Below are positions 27,563 to 39,330 of a DNA stretch of 64,000 bases, piece by piece (the stretch's first letter is position 1; every line of letters begins with the position of its first letter). The DNA lies in the NCBI RefSeq assembly GCF_018350175.1, contig NC_058373.1, forward strand, positions 115,074,001-115,138,000. The letters are read 5' to 3'. The notes beneath the pieces were generated by a model. The model did not search any database and was not told where the DNA came from. It worked only from the letters and a program-made list of their open reading frames with translations. Origin of the DNA: Felis catus. Lineage: Eukaryota. Both the position numbers and the translations under genes were made by a program.

Positions 27563-28469
27563 AGTTAGGCCATGTGAATGGAATATTTCAGACAAGTGAG
27601 AAGAAGCCCTTCTCTGCCCTCCAGTCATACCACGTGAGGCCAGCCCTGCAGGGACCCCAAAGACCATACTGTTCCCGCCACTGCTCGCACATCTCCCAAG
27701 GTCCCCCAACCCCCTAGGCATGTAATAGGCAAGCTCAGGTGTAAGGACGCTGTGGACAATGTCTGACAGCACCTCAACCTTGGCGTTCATTTTTATGTTG
27801 AACTTGTACCTCTGTCGAGCAATATGCAGAGAAGGCAGGTTGGTGTCAGACCTGAGAAGCTCAAAGCCCTGGCCTGGCTCCCAGATGGTCCCAGGCCTCC
27901 CTCTGCTGCAGTGTGCCTCCGTGTACTAGGGACGCGTCCTCAGACATGCTGTTTTCAGAGCCCGGCCTTTGAACATGCTGTGTCCTCCCCATGCCCTTTC
28001 CCACTTTGACTGCCTCCCACTGAGCCTTCAAGGCTCACTCATCTGCCCCTTGTGGAAGCTTTTAACTTTTCCCCAGCGTCTACCAGCAGATGGATCTGTG
28101 ACAGTGGCCCCAAGGTCCAGGGTCTTGAAGGGAGGGAAAGTCTGGGTGTTTTATGTGAAATCTTCTGATCTTCAAATACTGGCAACTAAATAAAAAAATG
28201 AAAGCAAACCACAAGGCAGACCAAACCCCTCTGCAGAAGGCGAGGGCCAAAGGTGGACAATTTGCGGCTGCTGGGCTATGTAGACTCTTGTCCCAGCGTG
28301 TTGTCATTATTTGTGGACATCTTTGTCTCCCCACACAGCCTGGCAGCGTCTGGAGGTTGAGCCTGGAACACAGTGGTCCTCGGCACGTGCTCGGTGAAGG
28401 CGTGAGTAAATGAAGGAGGGAGTGAGTGAATGACCCTGCCCCTTGTTAGATGCTGTGGTGCAGTAGGTT

Positions 28470-28694
28470 TCTTATTTATTTTTATTTTTTTAATTTTTAT
28501 TTATTTTTGAGAGAGAGAGAGGTACAGAGTGCGAGCGGGGGAGCAGCAGAGAGAAGGGGAGACAGAATCCAAAGCAGGCTCCAGGCTCTGAGCTGTCAGC
28601 ACACAGCCCCACGTGGGGCTCGAACTCCTGAACCGTGAGATCATGACCTGAGCCAAAGTTGGACGCTTAACCCACTGAGCCACCCAGGCGCCCC
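28470..28694 (-). mobile_element. CanSINE
   Basis: TSD ggtgcagtagg. Confidence 0.9.
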
Positions 28695-29309
28695 GGTGCA
28701 GTAGGCTTTAAACTATGGTTTACAGTGGGCAGCGTCACCCCCTTGGGGTTGTTTGGACACATGTGGGGGTGTTTTTGGTTGCTACAATGGTTGACAGACC
28801 CATTGGCATTCAGTGGGTGGCAGTCAGGGTGATAAAAATAGTATCAAGAACTTATTTTGTGCTCACTGTTTGCCAGACTCTGTTCCAAGCACTTTATTGA
28901 CGTGAACTCACTGAATTTTCACAGCAGCCTTACAAGGTGCATGCCATCATCCCCATTCCACAGACAGAGGTGGGGACGCTACTAGTCCATCCGCAATGGA
29001 CAGGGAACCATCCACAAGCTCCACAAGACTCTTGTATGCCCCGCTGGATGTCTATGCAGGGGGGAAAAAAAAATCCTGTTTATAATGATCAAAAATACAA
29101 CTATCATGTAAATTGCGAAAAAGAGTGGGTTTTATTTTTCAGCATTTTACTAGGAGCTCACCACTTCAGAAAAATCACGCAGCGGGCGCATACATTACAC
29201 AGGGTATTTGAGTCTCTAAAACTGTGCACCTACATCCATCTGCATTTATAGTTGCCAAAGTCATGGAGACTCTAGGTGCATGCACTGAATTCATTAACTG
29301 ATTTTGCTC

Positions 29310-29910
29310 GGTAAACTTTTTATCGAATAACTACATACTTCAAAAAAGTGAACTAGGCAGCCCTTCCTGCCCATGGGTCCTGTCTCCATGCTTTAATAAA
29401 CTCATCTTTTCGCACCAAAAAAAAAAAAAAAAAAAAAAAAAAGTTGACCAATCATAAGTATACATTCTATGAACTTTGGCAAAATGAACACACCTGTGTA
29501 ATCAGCACTCAGATCAAGAAACAGAACATTCTCAGCATCCGGAGAGTCCCATCCTCCTGCCTTCCTATCGTAATTTTCCCTAAAGGTAACCACCATATTG
29601 ACTTCTAATACCCTACACATTAATTTTGCCCATCTTTGAACTTTATATAAATGGAATCATATGGTGTATACTTTTTTTGTGTCTAGTTTCTTTCAATAAA
29701 AGTAATATTTGTGAGATTAGTCAGTGTTGTATACACTGCAGGTTTGTTCTTTCCTGTGGCTGAGCAGTATTCCACTGTATGGATATACCATAATGTATTT
29801 ATCCATTCTACTGTAGGTGGACTTTGGGGTTGTTTCCAGCTTTTTGCTGTTGTGAATAATGGTGCTGTGAACATTTGTGTTGATGTCTTTTGGTGAGCAT
29901 ATGAATGCAT
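29310..29910 (-). mobile_element. Old L1M (ME/MC-type) 3' fragment
   Basis: Translation MFTAPLFTTAKSWKQPQSPPTVEWINTLWYIHTVEY is L1 ORF2 C-terminal-like. Confidence 0.85.
29354..29442 (+). mobile_element. Short poly(A)-tailed retrocopy, probably the 3' end of an LTR transcript
   Basis: 63-nt body with AATAAA at 29395-29400 and A26 at 29417-29442; approximate TSD aaaaaagt(t)ga. Confidence 0.7.
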
Positions 29911-30593
29911 TTAATTTTTACAACTACGTATGTAGGCAAATTATGTGTGATTTTCATTTCATGGTAGTAAGGGGGTGATATACTTGCTATCCCAAAGGAG
30001 GCACAGGTTCTGAGGGAGTAATTGAAACCCTTTGGTTTGAAGCAGGTGCTTCTGTCCATGGTCAATTTGTTTGTTCCACAGAGATTGTTCCTCTGTCCTG
30101 TGCCCCGTGCTGGGGAGCACCAGGGCTGTGCTTTGCAGAGGGAAAGATTGGAGAACCTCCTCATAAGGTTACAAAGCAGAAGCTTGCATTCTCATTCCTA
30201 CCACTAGAGGTCAGGCATTCACAAGGGACTGGGGACTGGCCCACCCCTTCTTCCAGGCAGGCTTCCTCTCAGGTTCCTCCTGCCCCTTCTTCTCCCTTGG
30301 TAACTGGAGATCCAGCTCTACCTGGGGAAATTAAAACAAACAAACAAACAAACAAAAACCTTCATAGTGCACCTCACAGGGGGCAGGTGGCAGATGGAAC
30401 TGACTCCCTTTTAGGGTATTAAATATTTTTCACCCACCTTCCCTGTTAAATGGAGAATCTCTGGGGTCTGGCTGTCTCCTAGAGGTACCCACAGGCTCCC
30501 TACCCTCACCCTACTGGCTTTGTTGGTGAGTTTATCTAGCACTGGGCCACCAATGCTGGATTCTCTATTCCCACACGGTGACTTCTACAGACA

Positions 30594-31212
30594 CAGGTGT
30601 TGATAAATGTTTAACAACTTGTTCTGTGAGTGGGGTCTAATTTGTAGCGTTTGCTAATTTCTGTGATGTAAAAAATTCCACCATGTCTGATTTCAAGCTA
30701 TCAGTGAAATGTTATTGAACGTGGAGCTGGGAAGAGATGATAAGTACTATAATATACAGCATTCCCATCATGTATAATAGATGTAAATAAACTCAAAAAC
30801 ATTATTTGATAAGGATACAATATAGTAAAATAGTTGGGAAGTGATAAGATTTGAGTACTTATTACTTAAAAATACAATTTACCGGGGTGCCGGGGTGGCT
30901 CAGTCATTTGAGCATCTGACTCTTGGTTTCGGCTCAGGTCATGATCTCACGGTTTATGGGTTCGAGCCCTGCATCGGGCTCTGTGCTGACAGTGCGGAGC
31001 CTGCTTGGGATTCTGTCTCCCTCTCTCCGCCCCTACTCCACTCGCGCTCTCTCCCTCAAAGTAAATAAATAAACTTAAGAAATACAACTTATTTAATTTT
31101 CCATATATAATTTAATTTTTATTAAAACCCATATTTAGCAGCTGAGTCACAAAAATCTTGGCAATTTTACAGTTGGTTCTTGAAACACAGTACAAGCAGG
31201 CTTCAACACTGC
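30594..31212. mobile_element. MER63-like hAT element interrupted by a CanSINE (30884-31081, +)
   Basis: gataaatgtttaacaac...tgatttcaagcta...gagctgggaagagatg; SINE TSD aatacaa(t/c)tta. Confidence 0.7.
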
Positions 31213-32501
31213 AGGTAACCGACAGTGATTTCCCTTTAAAAATCACATTTGTTTTTTGCAGTGCAAATTGCGGTTGGATTCTCTAAGAGGTAGGTAGGCC
31301 TTGCCCCGATACTTAGTAACTGTGGCCTTGGTCTTATCTTTATTCTCTCTGTACCTCAGTTTCCTCACCTGTAAAATGGAGATAATAGTATCAATACCGA
31401 CTTCACCAGGTTACCGCAAAGATTAAATGACGTCTCGTATGTAAAGCCGTGAGCGTAGTGCCAGACAGACATTGGGACCTAAATTAGCAGTGGCTACCAG
31501 AACTTCTGCAGCCCTGTCTCTGCCTCTTCAGACAGTCTGAATGAGGGGGCCCCTCCATTCCTCCATCCACCTGCAGCTCAGAGCTAAGCGGAGCCAATCC
31601 ACCATTAAGTCACCTGAAACTGAACGCCCAGGGCAGCTTTGAGGAAGAAAGCCATCAAGGGAATGCGGGGTCAAGTGACCCGGAGCAATGTGGGTGGGGT
31701 CTGTGTCTGCAAGAGCGTCAGACCTTGGGCTGCCCCCAGTGCCTTCCTTCTTCCCAGCTGGTTGACTCCCAGAGTCACTGCCAGCCCTTGGGCAAAGGGC
31801 AGAAAGTAGAAACAAGGAAACAGGCGACTGGAACCTGTGGAGGGAGGATTGGGGCAGTTCTCTGAAGACATAGCAGGTAAACACTCTCTTTGCTACCTGG
31901 GCTTTTCCTTGAATGTAAAACGGGGCTAACACTTTCCCCCAGTTTACCTGGTTTGCGTCAGAGATAAAAATGTCAAAGACTTGTCAGTGCTTCAGAAAAG
32001 CAGGAGGGGCTGGGTCACCCTCTCACACACGCTCATGGACTGGGCTGCATCAGGTGCATGCTGCCTCAGGTGTACATTTTCCAGGGCTGGGCTCAGGGTT
32101 GGGGCAGGCAGGGAATCGTAGTTGCTGTTCTGAGCAGCCCTGCTCTGACCTCTGACCTCTGCAAAGCCCCCCTGCCTGGAGGCCAACAGGACCTGGGTCA
32201 CCGAGCCTGGCTCTCAAAGCTTCCTGACTTGTCAGGGGTCACAGGCTGCTAACATAACAGAGGAAAGGTACTGGCAGAGGCCTGCGTATTCAGACCAACC
32301 ACCTGAGCGGATGATCTTCCTCCTCAGGCTGGGAGCCGCCCCTCAACTCTGCTGGCTCAGCACTGCCTGGCCCACCCATCCTGGACTCTGACTTTCTGTG
32401 AAGACATCCTCATGCTCTGGGGTCAAGTGGGTTTTCTTACTTACTGTCATGGGGCTTTGAAATCTGCCCAAGGAATCGTGCATCAAAACAAGAAAACCTC
32501 A

Positions 32502-32699
32502 GGGCACCTGGGTGGCTTAGTTAAGCGTCCGATTTCGGCTCAGAGCATCATCTTACAGTTTGTGAGTTTGAGCCTCGAATGGGGCTCTTTGCTGTCCTTA
32601 TGGATCCCTCTTTGGATCCTCTGTCTCCTTCTCTCTCTGCCCCTCTCTCTGTCTCTCTCTCTCAAAATTAAATAAACTTAAAAAAAGAAAAAAAAGAAA
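32502..32699 (+). mobile_element. CanSINE
   Basis: Head, (CT)n and tail. Confidence 0.85.
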
Positions 32700-33000
32700 C
32701 CCCATGCTAACTCCTGTGTGAGGTCAGACAAACCAGTAATCTGCTCTGTGTCTCAACTTCCTTATAGGTGAAAGTATGGCATTAATAATGTCTCATTTTA
32801 TGGGGATGTTGTGTAGATAAAATGAGCTGGTATGCAAGAAAGCATTTTCAAGAAGATCAAGAGATATGTAAGGACAATTTGTGTCATTATTTGCTATTTT
32901 TATTGAGGGTAGAAGGGGCCATATATGATGTATTTGGAAAAGTATAACTTTAGGAACAAACACAAATGAATTCTTGTTTTGCAACATACATGCTATGTAG

Positions 33001-33222
33001 TTTTTTTTTTAATTTTTTAAATGTTTTTATTTATTTTTGAGACAGAGAGACAGAGCATGAGCAGGGGAGGGGCAGAGAGAGGGGGACACACAGAATCTGA
33101 AGCAGGCTCCAGGCTCCCAGCTGTCAGCCCAGAGCCCAACGTGGAGCTTGAACCCATGGACTGTGAGATCATGGCCTGAGCTGAACTCAGACGCCCAACA
33201 GACTGAGCCACCCCGGCGCCCC
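33001..33222 (-). mobile_element. CanSINE
   Basis: TSD tatgtagt. Confidence 0.9.
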
Positions 33223-33859
33223 TATGTAGTATTTGATGTTACAAAAATGTCTTCTGAGGCTGTTTCCTCCTGTGTGAAATGTTAATTTGGAGGGTTGTTG
33301 TCAAAATTAATGGCTACATGAATAAAGTGTTCTAAGTACCTAGCACACAGTAAGTGCTCAATTAACAGTAGCTGTCATTCCTGCTGTTAAACAGATGACG
33401 AGAACAACACAGATCCCAAGTACTAATTCCCAACTTTTTCCTCTCCTTTACTTCCTGCCCTTTAAGTGGTAAAAGCACAAGCTCCTAGTCACATTCCTGG
33501 AAAAGGAAGAAAACCATGCCCTCTGACTCATACCACAGGAGTGACCAACTCCTCTCGATTTGACAGGAGGACTCTCCTAGTTTTAGCCCAGAGGTCCCAA
33601 GTCCCATGGGCCCTCTGGGCCCCAGCCAGACTGGGACAATTGACCACTCACCACCAACCCGGGTCCAACTCCGAGCCATCTTCCAGTACCTAGGCTTAGA
33701 GTACTAGGATTTGTACTGGAAATCTGGAAGGACCCAGGAACACGACCAGCTCAAAGAGCCATTTTAAGTCCTTTTAGAACAAGACAGGGTCTAGATAAAT
33801 AAATGAAAATAAAAAATTAGCTCTGGTCCTAGAAGTCATTATGGTAGGTGTAAGATACA

Positions 33860-34160
33860 AAAAATTAATTCTGAAGACCACGTATTATATAATACCATTT
33901 ATATAAAATGTCTGGAAGAGGTAAATCTATGAGTAAAGAACGTAGCTTATTGGTTGCAGGGTAGAGGTGGGGAGTGACTGCTAATGGGTATAGAGTTTCT
34001 TTTTGGGATCATGAAAATGTTGATTGTGGTAATGGTTGCACAACTCTGTAAATACACTAAAACCCATTGGATTATATACTTTAAATACATAATTATACAT
34101 TTAAACTGTAATTGTATGGTATGTGAACTGTGTCTCAATAAAGCTGTTGAATTAAGAAAA
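33860..34160 (+). mobile_element. Old L1M 3'UTR fragment
   Basis: gagtgactgctaatgggtatagagtttctttt...ggttgcacaactctgtaaatacactaaaa...tctcaataaagctgtt. Confidence 0.8.
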
Positions 34161-34191
34161 CACAAAATTTGAAAACAATATTTTTGGGGGC

Positions 34192-34232
34192 TTATTTATT
34201 TTGAGAGAGAGAAAAAGAGCAAGCGGGGGTGG

Positions 34233-34277
<45 letters not shown>

Positions 34278-34407
34278 TCCCAAGCAGGCTCCATGCTCAG
34301 CAATGAACTCGATACACAGGGCTGGTTCTCATTAAGGTAAGGTCAGTCATGACCTGAGCCGAAATCAAGAGTTTGACACTTAACGGACTGAGCCACCCAG
34401 GTGCCCC
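34192..34407 (-). mobile_element. CanSINE with long (GA)n; a partial copy follows at ~34505-34617
   Basis: SINE body. Confidence 0.85.
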
Positions 34408-35187
34408 TAAGACAATTTTTGACTTAAAAAAAGGGTTCTTCCACATTAGAATCTCTAAGTCTAAATTATTCTTTTTTTTCTAAGCCTATATTATTTAAAA
34501 CAATTTTTTTTTTAAATTTTGGAGAGAGAGTGCACAAGTGGGGCAGCGGGGCAGAGGGGGAGACAGAGACAGAGAGAGAGAGAGTCTTAAGCACGCTTTA
34601 TGCTCAGCACAGAGCCTGTAAATCTAAAGTATTCTTAACCCTCACTTTAAGAATTATCTTTTCAACGGCATAATAATGTTTAACCTAGGCTGTGAAATAC
34701 CACCCCAATGTTGCAGGTAAGATGAGTAAGACCCACAGCAGAATGTAAAGAGGCTTTTGCTCAGTTCTGTAGGAGGCCTGTGGAGCCTCAAGCAGGAGGG
34801 GAAATGTGGGAGAGGAGAGGCTGGGGAGCCAGCATTTACAAAGGAAGAAAAGAGATTCACCCCGCATCCTGTAATAGAAAGCAGAAAGAAATACGTGCTA
34901 AACTGAGGCTTGTCCAAGATGCCATAGAATGGAAGAAGGAGAGCAAAGGTGGCAAGGGTAAGTGGGAAGGACATTCCAGGCCCAGGGAATAGTGTGAGCA
35001 CAAGTTCTGAGTTGTGAAGTAGGTAGCATGTTTGAGGTACAGAGGGGGTATGTAGGGTGTATGGAAGGATGGAGAAGACTTGGGACAGATTGTGGAGAGC
35101 CCTGGACACAGTCCTTGCTTGGGAGTTTGATTTCATTCTGTGGACACTGGGGGCACCCAGGGGACGATTTTTAAGAAGCGAGTTACA

Positions 35188-35415
35188 GGGGCGCCTGGGT
35201 GGTGCAGTCGGTTAAGCGTCCGACTTCAGCCAGGTCACGATCTCGCGGTCCGTGAGTTCGAGCCCCGCGTCGGGCTCTGGGCTGATGGCTCAGAGCCTGG
35301 AGCCTGTTTCTGATTCTGTGTCTCCCTCTCTCTCTGCCCCTCCCCCGTTCATGCTCTGTCTCTCTCTGTCCCAAAAATAAAAAAATAAACGTTGAAAAAA
35401 AAATAAAAAAAAAAA
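35188..35415 (+). mobile_element. Young felid SINE (SINEC_Fc)
   Basis: TSD aagcgagttaca; nearly identical to the copies at 21226 and 38819. Confidence 0.95.
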
Positions 35416-36859
35416 AAGCGAGTTACAGATCTGCAGAGGGTCTAGAAGCCATTTTACAGTGTGAGAGGTGGTGAGTCTTGCATGAAGTCACTGAGCTGGT
35501 TAGTGGCCAAAAGCCAGGGGATCTGATGGCTGGCCTAATCCATATTCCGTTACACCAAGCTGCCTTTGTAGGTAATCTGCCCACCTTTTTTTTTCCTCTC
35601 CATTTGTCTTCTCTAATTCTTCCTCCACCCTTTCCCTTGTCCCCTTCCTGGGCCTTGGGTGTGCCTGGTGTGTACTTGCAGCCCACACAGGGTTGCTGAG
35701 CTCTGTTGCAGATCCAGGCCAAGCTAATACTTGCTTTTCAACCCCCTGGTGGTCTGGGTAGTGCAACCCCAGTAGAGAGGGAAAATGAGGAGGAAGGGAG
35801 GGATGCCCAGCAGGAAGGCAAGAGAGAAAGAAGGCAGAGCAAGGACAGACATAATGGAAAAGGTAGCTACAGTCACAGGTTCTGCGGGGCCTAGAAGGGG
35901 AGGGTTCCCTTGGGGATGGGTGCCTGTGCATGGGGTGGTGAGGAACACTCTGCTTGTCTGGTTTGAGCTACCTCAAGGAGTTGCCCTGGTAATTCACAGC
36001 ATCTTCTCAGAGCACCTACTAGAACTAGGTTTGCTGAGAGGTCCTGCGGGGGGAGTATCCTGTCCAAAGGGCATCTGGGAGAAAGGGCTTGCCTGTCCCA
36101 ATCTGCAGCTGGAGCCTGAATTCTCAGGTAGGAGAGCTCCAACATTTATTGAGCCAGCGAGCATCTCTGAACAGGCACTGCATGAGGCCCTGGGGCACAA
36201 AGACAGTAAGTCACCATCTTGGCCATGAACGGGCCACAAGCCCTGTAAACACCCAAACAGAGGACTTATCTCCCAGGGTTGCAGTGAGATCACCAACAAA
36301 TGATGTAGTGATACAGTGCACAAACTGTTGGCATAGTATATGCTGGAAAACAGCCCAAAGGGGCAAGGCTCAGGATGGGAAACAAAGTTAGGAGTATGAC
36401 AGGGTCCTAGCCCTGACTCTGCCAATTCTTGCTTTTAACTACTGTTTTCTCAACCTTGAGATCCATTGAGTGCTTTCAGTATGCTGAGAAATCACTTCGG
36501 AATGCTTCTTAAAATAGATCCCAGAATCCGATCCTAGCTTTACTTAATCAGAATGGCTGGAGACTATCCCGAATCTGCATTTTTCAAGCCCCCCTCCGCC
36601 CCCCCCCCCCCCCCGCCCCCAACCCCGGGACAACTTGGAGCTTGTTCATCTGGGAAGCACTTCTGAATAGGGAGATAATGATCTGCATCAGCCCTAGGTC
36701 TGGCAAGCGATTCAAGACCTAACAAGGCAACCAACGTGCGTGGAAAGTGCCCTGTGAACCTGAGAGCAAATTATTTGCAAATAATAGTAATCCAATAATC
36801 CTAATAACATCCAAAATATCCACAAAATAATGATAGTAAAAGAACTGGAGAGCGCACTG

Positions 36860-37950
36860 CAAACGCGGCGCAGGCTAGGTCGGTACCACGGCCTCGGCCA
36901 CTCCAGCGCAGTTGGCGTGACTGTCCCTTTAAGCAGTCCCCCGCGCCCGCCTCCCCCCGTCACGGCTCCAGGCTCGCCTCCCGCGGGGCGTGCGGCCCCG
37001 CCGGCGGCGCGTGCGTGCTGGCAGCGGTCGATCGGCAGGGCCTCCCAGCGGGGCGGTCCCGGCGGCGCGACGCCGGCGCTTGTTGCGTGCGCGCCTGACC
37101 CCGCCCCTTGCCCGCCCCTTCCCCTCCCCCCGCACTCCGCGGTCCTCCCCCGCCCGCGCGGTACAGCTGGGCCAGTGACGCGGGAGCTACCGCCGCCGCC
37201 ACTGCTGTCGCCACCGCGTTCCATTCTCCTAAGCCGGCGACAGCGTCGCCCCCAGCCTCCCACCGCCTTCTCCCGCAGCGCGGGCCAGCGCCAGCCAGAC
37301 CACGCACGCAGGGCCTCGCCTAGACCCGAGAGGGTTACGGGCGCGCGCAGGCGGCAGAGCGGATCCCGGCGCTGCGGAAGCTTCGAGCGCCCCCCTCGCG
37401 GAGGTCGCGGTGCGGTTCCCCGGGTGAGTTGTCACTGCGGCCCGGGGGCGGCGGGGCCAGGCATTGTGTCACTAGCGCGCCCCGCGGGCTGTCAGGGGCG
37501 CCGGGCTGGTGCGTACTGCTCTGGAGGGACGTCGGGGAGCCCCGACCGGCCGCCCGGCGTCTGCTGCTGTGTGCGCTGGCCCCGCTGTCACCCGGACGGC
37601 CGCGCGAGGGGCCGGGAGGGCCACCGGGGAGGCTGACCCGGCGGCGGCGTGGGCTGCGCCGAGGCCGAGAGGAGGACCAGACTGCCGGTCTTCGGCTGCG
37701 AGCTGGTGGCCGGGACCGGGGCGCGCCGCCTGGCCTCGCCCGCCGTGGGGGTCGTGCTCCCTGCCCGGGAGTCAGGGCGGAGACCACACTTTGCGGGTCG
37801 CGGGAGAGAAGGTAGGCGGAGGCCGTCTTTCTTATTGCTGTTATTTTCCCCTCGGGCCGACCAAAGCCGCCGGTCCTGCGCCGGGCAGGGTTGGCTTGGC
37901 GACGGTGGATTTCCTGAGGAAATCTTGGAGCCCGTGTGTGGGAGCATCGG
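36860..37950 (+). promoter_or_regulatory. CpG-island promoter, probably of SUSD6
   Basis: CpG-dense ~1.1 kb with GC boxes (CCCGCCCC near 37099 and 37111) and a CRE-like TGACG at ~37176. Confidence 0.85.
37170..37423 (+). other. SUSD6: Non-coding first exon of SUSD6 (KIAA0247/DRAGO); start approximate
   Basis: ATG-free GC-rich leader ending in a strong donor CGG|GTGAGT (GT at 37424-37425). Gene identity is inferred from recalled synteny (CCDC177 divergent from SUSD6), not from coding sequence. Confidence 0.7.
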
Positions 37951-38818
37951 AGCTTTCTGGAGCCTCCGCGCCTCGTCTGGTCTTTAATCTCAAAAACTTT
38001 ACTTATTATCCGGGCTGAGACTCACCGAAACCACTTCCTGTTTATATATGTAGACTTGCTTTCTTACTCCTGGCTTTTGGGGACTCCAGATATTGGTGGA
38101 GGTCTGACTCTCCCGCGTCCGTCCGGCTGTGGGGCTGTTGAATTGGAAAGTTACCTGTAACGAGGTTAGCATGGGGTGGGGGTGAGGTGGGACCACAAGA
38201 CTCAGGAGGAGAGAGGAGTCACAATCAAGGCTTTGGCTGGCTAGGGGGAAGTTCATGTCTTGGCCCAGAGGCCTGATACTGCTGTTCCCACAGAACGTAC
38301 TCTCCGTGGCAGGCGGCTCGCAGGGCTTTGTTGCTCTTGCTAACTGGGCTTGTGTCAGCTCTGTGCAGAGGTGCAGTGAAACTACCCAGTTCACTTAACT
38401 GGAGGAGGCATTTACTCCCTTTCGAGATCTGCAGCGGTAGGAGTACGAAGTGTCTTTCCATCCTTAGCAGTGGTGAATTCATTTCTTGCCCTTTTCATTC
38501 CTCTGGTTTAAAACATATGTCTGAAGGATGCACACACCTTTTCTCTTTGGGGAATTCCACACCCAAATTGTCACCATCTAGTGGAGGCTAGTAGAGACAT
38601 GTTCGTGGCATTGAGTTTTGAATTTTCTGGGCTTTGCATTTTTAGCTAGATGCAGATTCAGCCTGAAATGAAAATTTTCAGTTGGTTGGGTGGAGAAGCG
38701 GAAGTAAGTTTACCTCCCCCTCCGTAAAAGAGGTGTTTAATAAAACAACAATAACAGCAACGATAGGAAGAGTTCTTGAGGACTGTGTACCAAGCTTTGT
38801 ATCAAGAACTACTTTCTT

Positions 38819-39058
38819 TTTTTTTTTTCTTTTTTTTAAAAAAATTTTTTTTTCAACGTTTATTTTTATTTTTGGGACAGAGAGAGACAGAGCATGAACG
38901 GGGGAGGGGCAGAGAGAGAGGGAGACACAGAATCGGAAACAGGCTCCAGGCTCTGAGCCATCAGCCCAGAGCCTGACGCGGGGCTCGAACTCACGGACCG
39001 CGAGATCGTGACCTGGCTGAAGTCGGAGGCTTAACCGACTGCGCCACCCAGGCGCCCC
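38819..39058 (-). mobile_element. Young felid SINE (SINEC_Fc)
   Basis: Perfect TSD aagaactactttctt. Confidence 0.95.
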
Positions 39059-39129
39059 AAGAACTACTTTCTTGATCTCATTTAATAACAGACTTTTGTG
39101 GTAGATATTGTTTCATATATATATACATA

Positions 39130-39330
39130 TATAAATGTTTATTTTTGAGAGAGAGAGGCAGAGCACAAGTAGGGGAGGGGCAGACAGAGAGGGAGACACA
39201 GAATCTGAGACAGGCTCCAGGCCCTGAGCTGTCAGCACAGAGCCCGACGTAGCCCTTGAACTCGCGAGCTGTAAGATCATGACCTGAGCCCAAGTCAGAC
39301 GCTTAACAGACTGAGCCACTTAGGCGCCCC
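39130..39330 (-). mobile_element. CanSINE
   Basis: SINE body. Confidence 0.9.

Noticed and set aside
36712..38018. Multiple 100-268 aa ORFs over the second CpG island
   Set aside because: Stop-poor GC-rich DNA with no recognisable protein; they cross the exon 1 donor.
38594..38615. Possible p53 response element (AGACATGTTC half-site), given that SUSD6/DRAGO is reported to be p53-inducible
   Set aside because: Only one good half-site; no adjacent second RRRCWWGYYY.
21221..38976. Recurrent peptide GQRETEHERGRGRERGRHRIGNRLQALSHQPRA in several ORFs
   Set aside because: Antisense translation of young SINEC_Fc copies, not a gene family.
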